The notes under the pieces were generated by a model. That model was given only the letters and a program-made list of their open reading frames with translations, ran no database searches and had not been told where the DNA came from. Shown here piece by piece: positions 58,807-64,000 of a DNA stretch of 64,000 nucleotides. Within the stretch, counting starts at the first letter, position 1. Each line of letters starts with the position of its first letter. The translations under genes and the position numbers were made by a program. The DNA lies in contig NC_047064.1 in NCBI RefSeq assembly GCF_902459465.1, positions 2,976,001 to 3,040,000 of the forward strand, read 5' to 3'. This DNA is from Asterias rubens (Eukaryota).

Positions 58807-61800
58807 GTCTTTTGGGGTGATGGGGGTTTTGTTCATTGTTGGGTCAAGTCCCAATATCTGTATAAAATTAACAAAGATTGGCAAAGCAATCCAAACACAT
58901 AAAGGGAAGGAACTGTTTTATCGTAGAGAGTAATAAAGAAACAAGCGAGCACACTTCTACCAGGTCATATATGGTCAATAAAAGTAATTTCCTCCTGCTG
59001 TTTCTCCACTTCAGAAGCACTTGAGTTATACCAGGGAGTCAACAATGCACAAAACTACTTATTGATGTAATTTCTTTGTCTTACTGTGCTCATATGAAAT
59101 CTCTGATTTCATTTCTATCTGATCAGTTGTTATCAACAACTTGAATCACTTGATTAAAAGCATACAAATGTCAGACAGGTCTGTATATCTAAGTATATGG
59201 TACATGTAGCTAGGAAATTAATATCAAAGGAACATCGAAGTGGCAAAGTATCAAATATTCTTGTAAGCAAAATTGATGAGGGGAAACTACATCACCTACA
59301 TTGTAAAATCCTGGTAAAAACAAATGCTTCGGCCACCTGACAATAGCCCCCCCCCCTTCCCCCTCCCCATGTACAATAAAAGACCAGACAAACCATCCTC
59401 AAAGGGATGTGCATTATCCACTATTAAGCCAAGCTGGGAAACTCGGAAAAAGAAGTGTATATGAAACAGTACAAAATTTGAGTTAAATCTGAAACTGCCA
59501 GCTGATTTCCTTATGGACTGTTGAATGGAAAATTCAACATATGTTCTGGTTAATGTATGTACTGCATATTATAGTGTACTGTATCTAAGTCATAAAGGTC
59601 TTATCATAGTCATATCCAGCCCCACAGTAAAAAAAAAAGGGGGCAAAATTGAATCTAATATGGCAGATTTATGTTTGTGTGTTACACAATTTAATTAGCC
59701 GTTGAAACATCGATGACAACCAGTACTCCTTAACTACTACAACCACACTACACCACACCGTTACCAACCGACCATTGTAATCCTAATAAAGGAAGATTTA
59801 TATTGCAGGCGTATGGTAAATCTGATCATCTCATCAGCGGGACCAGGGGCTATATGAGAGTAAACATTATTTATTGATTTATAGCAGTGACGAGATTTAC
59901 AACCTATGTCCCGACCATTTGCTGGATATTTTATTAGAATTGCCAATTAATTGGTCACCTTGCTTTCCATCTGCGTTTCTTCCCCCTCTTTTTTTCCTTT
60001 TTTTTTTTCGTGATGCTCATCTGTTTCTGTTGTTGTCGTCGTCAGAGATGGCCTGTCTCAGGAGAGACTATGAGTAATGGATTTGGACATCATTAGCACA
60101 TGAGGTAACATCGGACCCTGCTGGCAGAGCCTGGCAAGGCCAGGAGGGGAAAAAAAAGATGCAAAGCACAAAATAATTTGATGGTCAGCCCAAGCAACCC
60201 AGCGATGCTGAGTTGTGGATCATTACTCCAAACTCGACAGTTCCTCCTTATTAAGTGTGATTGAAAAACAAGAAAAGTTACTGCTTCCATTGCCATGGTA
60301 ACCTGTGGAGCGCAACTTTTTTTGTTGGGGTCATGTTTGATTCCAAAACACAATACATCCTTGCTATACCCTGGTTTTTAGGAGTTTACATGTAGATGTA
60401 CAGTATATAGAAAACAAGTTAGAAACAACTGATTGATGCACATCACGTTTTAAGATGCCTCGTAAGTCAGCCAAATGACCAATTAATGTCATCATATCTC
60501 GCTTTATGAATCCACTCGCTACAGAAATCGGCACCGTCTTCACAGAGATAAGTCATTAAAGGAACAAAACTGACCCCTGCCCGTTGCTAAGGTAAAGCCG
60601 TTGACCAAAAGTTGCCGCTAACTGCTCTCATTTGATGATCCCAAATCTTTTGTTTGCATTTTTAGACCAAGTACTCATCTTCACCCGCTAGTAATTAATG
60701 AAACGTGAAATGACGGAAACTTCAGATGGAAATACATGTAGGTCGTCTTCTACACGTTCTGATTTCAAACAAAGCATGCATTGATTTGTGATGGAAAATT
60801 TCCCTTGCAATGAAAGGTCAAAAAATCAAATGACTTTTACCATTTTATGACACAATGATAGTAGAAAATACTCAAATTAGCATTTTATTGCAGTGAATTT
60901 GCAAAACCTTTTTATCAATCCTCAGCAGCCAGTTCTGTTGTTCCTACAGTTTACTACACACAAATCAATCGCATAATTACATCACTCGTTTTTATACAGT
61001 AACCACAGGAAGGTTAGCATGCCTTTTCATAAGCTATGAAATGGAAACTTGCCAGTTGGCACAAAATAGGCCGCTCAGCAGCACTATGAAATTGGACCCT
61101 CAATTTCATAGTGCTGCTAAGCTAAAAAAGTATTGCTTATCCAAAATAGTTTACCAGCCAAACTTACACTAAGTTTGCTTTGGTGTGACTGGTGACAAGC
61201 AGAGAAATTTGCTAAGCGGAATTTTTTGCTTAACAGATTTGTTGACATTGGACCCAGATCTATTCCCTCAAAGAAAAGTAAATAAACAAATACATGTACA
61301 TAAGTGATGCTCTGTGCCAAAATCAGGCCGTTCTCAGAAGTAGTGAAATGGCATTATCAACTTCAACCACGATTTTTCTCCAAACACAAGATTTTTGGCT
61401 GTGGTTCACCATAGGTCACTTTGTCACACGTCTGACAACGTTTAGGGCTGAATGTGTACTTTTCTGGATTCATTTAAAATTATCAATTAGTTCTAAGCTT
61501 CCTTCCAGCCTTCTCTTACATCTTATCTTTGAAGTTTCTTGCAGATTTAAGATGAGTTTTTACTTCCTGAAAAGCTCAACAGATTTTCTTCCGCTGAGTT
61601 TTTGTTTATATTGATGCAAGCCTTAAAGGCAAAGTTACCTCTGCGTTTTTTTAACCATTCATTCATTTTGATTCTATATGTTTTAAAATGTAGATCATAT
61701 GCAAAACAAAAACTAACTTTAATACAAATTATATTTCAAAAGGTGGTAGTGTTTTTGAGGTATTGCCACAAATCTGGAGAGGTTTTGTAATTGGAATACA

Positions 61801-62621
61801 CAATTTGAGTAATTTTTCATGCATGAAACATTTCTTGAAATTTGCTTGAATCCCTTTTCTTGCATACATGTAGCCTTCGGCTTGGTCCTTTATCGACTGG
61901 CCACGACCCTGCCAGGTTTAAACAACCTCTTAAGACCTCCTCGCCTACTCTTTTATTCCCTTGTCATTGGTCTTTGAATGAGTAAACTCAGTGCCATTAA
62001 TGTTCAATAAACACACCATTAACCAACCCATCCATGAAAAACATCAAAACCATTGATGTTTTGTTGGGAACGCAGTTTTGGTTTATTTCAATTGAGGTCA
62101 TCAAACCTCACAGAGAGTCGTTCCCCCATCCCCCACCCCCCTTGCGATGGTTCTTGCTCAATGATCAAAGAGTAAAGCATTGGTGATTTACTTGGGTGTT
62201 CAAGTGCTACATTGTCATCTCTGACTGTATTTAAGACAGAAATATTTCTCTGGAGTATTGGCACTGGTCTGAACTTTTTAATGAGTGAGCTTTAAGAATG
62301 AGGCTAATCAAGTTATATAAAAGATAATTACCAACTTTAACTGTGTCTTTAAATGAAAATAACAGTGCGTACAGTAAGATGATGTTTGCCAGCAGCTGTT
62401 GTAATGACGGGTTTAATACTGCGCAGCTGTAGTAGGGAATCTGCATGATACTGAAGACCCTACTACTATAGTACAGACCCTTTCCTCTTTCCAATTTTAA
62501 AAGAAAAGAAGAATCTTTGGGCCATCAATTATGTAGAATAGAGAAATGTTACAGGAGCATTTCTTATGTTGCTACATGTATACATTTCATGTTCATTGTT
62601 AACATTTAATAGTATTTGTAA

Positions 62622-62850
62622 GGGATTAGGTTGGCTCAGTGGTTTCTTTGCCTGCCTTTCACCTCTGTGGACCCTGGTTCGAATTCCACCTTAGACCAGA
62701 GCCTTGCATGTGGATTGGGTATTCAGTCCCTACCTGATTGCATGGCGGTTCCTCCCACATTTAAATCTGAACACCTCTTCTCATTCCTTTTCATACTGTT
62801 ATTGGCGCTAGTTGTGCTGATGGATGTGTAATAACATAAATAGTAAAATA
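62622..62850 (+). mobile_element. SINE S1
   Basis: TGGCTCAGTGG (A box), GGTTCGAATTCC (B box), core and AT-rich tail. Confidence 0.68.
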
Positions 62851-63928
62851 AATAGTTATTTTATTCACTGAAAAGTAGGAAATTGGGGAAATATGCCTTT
62901 GACAATACAGTAATGACAATTCTTACTTTTGGTAAGAAGAAATCAGCACATTTTTTATAAATTATGTGTACAGTTGATGTACATATAAATGTTATTAATA
63001 ATTGATTTTGGAGAAAGTGTCAAGGTTCTAGCTCATAATTTTAGTCTAAAAATAATGGCCTCGTCATAGGTTGAATAGCAATTTGAAACTTTTTTGTAAG
63101 GCCACAATTCTATGTAATTCGGCATTGTACACAAATGCCATGTGGATGACAAGATGAAACCCAATATCCGAGTCGCTTTTTCCAGACCTGGAAATTGTTG
63201 TTGGTTTTGCCCAAATAAGTACTTGTGCCAAAATGTTAAAAACTTGTAGCTCCAGAGGACAAGATGTCTAGAGCAGATGCAAACAGTCCACTCTCTCAGA
63301 TCACTCTGACGACATTCCTCCAGACCGAATATCTCTTTCCTGGACAACTGTGCCCCAAGATGCTACAATGTAGAAGACTTTGATTAAACTCGGGGGAAGA
63401 AACTGAAGTGAAATCTGAGTAATCGTCAGCATCCTTAAAAGATCGAGGACAGAGGAACTTAAGAAGGGAAAAAAAGAGGGAAAAAAATGCAATAGATGTA
63501 AGTATGACTACAAAAGAGAATAGCGTCTCTTGGAGATAGTATATAGGCCCTTAAGCAGCGGCCTTTTCAGAATAAAGTGTTACTGAAACCTTATCTAGAT
63601 TAGGCTTGTCTTGTGGCTGTAATACCCCGGTGTCAGCCAAAAGTGATGTAACCCTAGCTGTCTGTAATCATTAGCGAAATGTCATCTCTAGTTGATGATG
63701 CGGGGCCTAGTCAGTATCTAAGATTCCACGAGACTCCAATCTTGAGGTTTGTTGGCAACTCTTTACTTGTTCAGTGGATGGCTTAGTGATGTTTCACTGT
63801 CGTTGTGTGTATGATATGAGCACTCTGGATATTGACTTGAGGGGGTTTGTTTTCTACGACTGTTGTCTGTGCTTGGAAAAAAAACTTATTTTTTTTCAGG
63901 GCTAGGTGTTGTAAGTTTTAAATTGGAT

Positions 63929-64000
63929 TTAAAGACAGGGGACACTATTGGTAATTGTCCTAGACCAGTCTTCTCACTGTATCTCAACATGCATAAAATA
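63929..64000 (-). mobile_element. K1 MITE, cut by window end
   Basis: TTAA|AGACAGGGGACACTATTGGTAATTGTCC... Confidence 0.75.

Noticed and set aside
55165-63440. Pro/Ser-rich or acidic coding-looking patches at ~55165-55440, ~58060-58200 and ~63260-63420
   Set aside because: Each is broken by stops or frameshifts and none has a domain signature. They could be decayed LINE ORF1 or random low-complexity sequence.
139-63492. Most ORFs in the supplied track (e.g. 771-953, 11069-11398, 32839-33033, 51593-51967, 49308-49505, 53878-54240)
   Set aside because: They are translations of MITEs, tandem repeats or antisense strands of real exons; they have no domain motifs and repeat in the repeat copies.

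Overview
Eukaryotic, AT-rich, repeat-dense genomic DNA. An invertebrate deuterostome such as a sea star is my inference and is not proven. The first ~22 kb holds the last eight coding exons of a receptor-type (NPR1/NPR2-like) membrane guanylyl cyclase on the + strand: end of the kinase-homology domain, coiled coil, complete cyclase domain and stop at 20809. All introns are GT..AG with consistent phases, and the upstream exons lie before the window. No other protein-coding gene can be supported; 23-64 kb is intergenic or intronic, with only candidate non-coding exons. The rest is a layered mobile-element landscape: about 13 copies of one TTAA-flanked Kolobok-like MITE plus several other TTAA MITEs, Harbinger-type MITEs with 3-bp target-site duplications (TSDs), two tRNA-derived SINE families, an L2/CR1 3' end, a THAP-domain pseudogene and a probable Penelope-like RT relic. 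The three most interesting signals are: (1) a dispersed family of short tandem/inverted repeats carrying Penelope-type minimal hammerhead-ribozyme motifs at 10.3, 28.8 and 53.9 kb; (2) a 258-bp mobile unit with an internal tRNA-like Pol III cassette that occurs as partial tandems with TSDs; (3) a strongly strand-biased GAC/DRACH cluster in the cyclase 3' UTR, bracketed by two AATAAA signals. All counts and alignments were done by eye and need computational confirmation.
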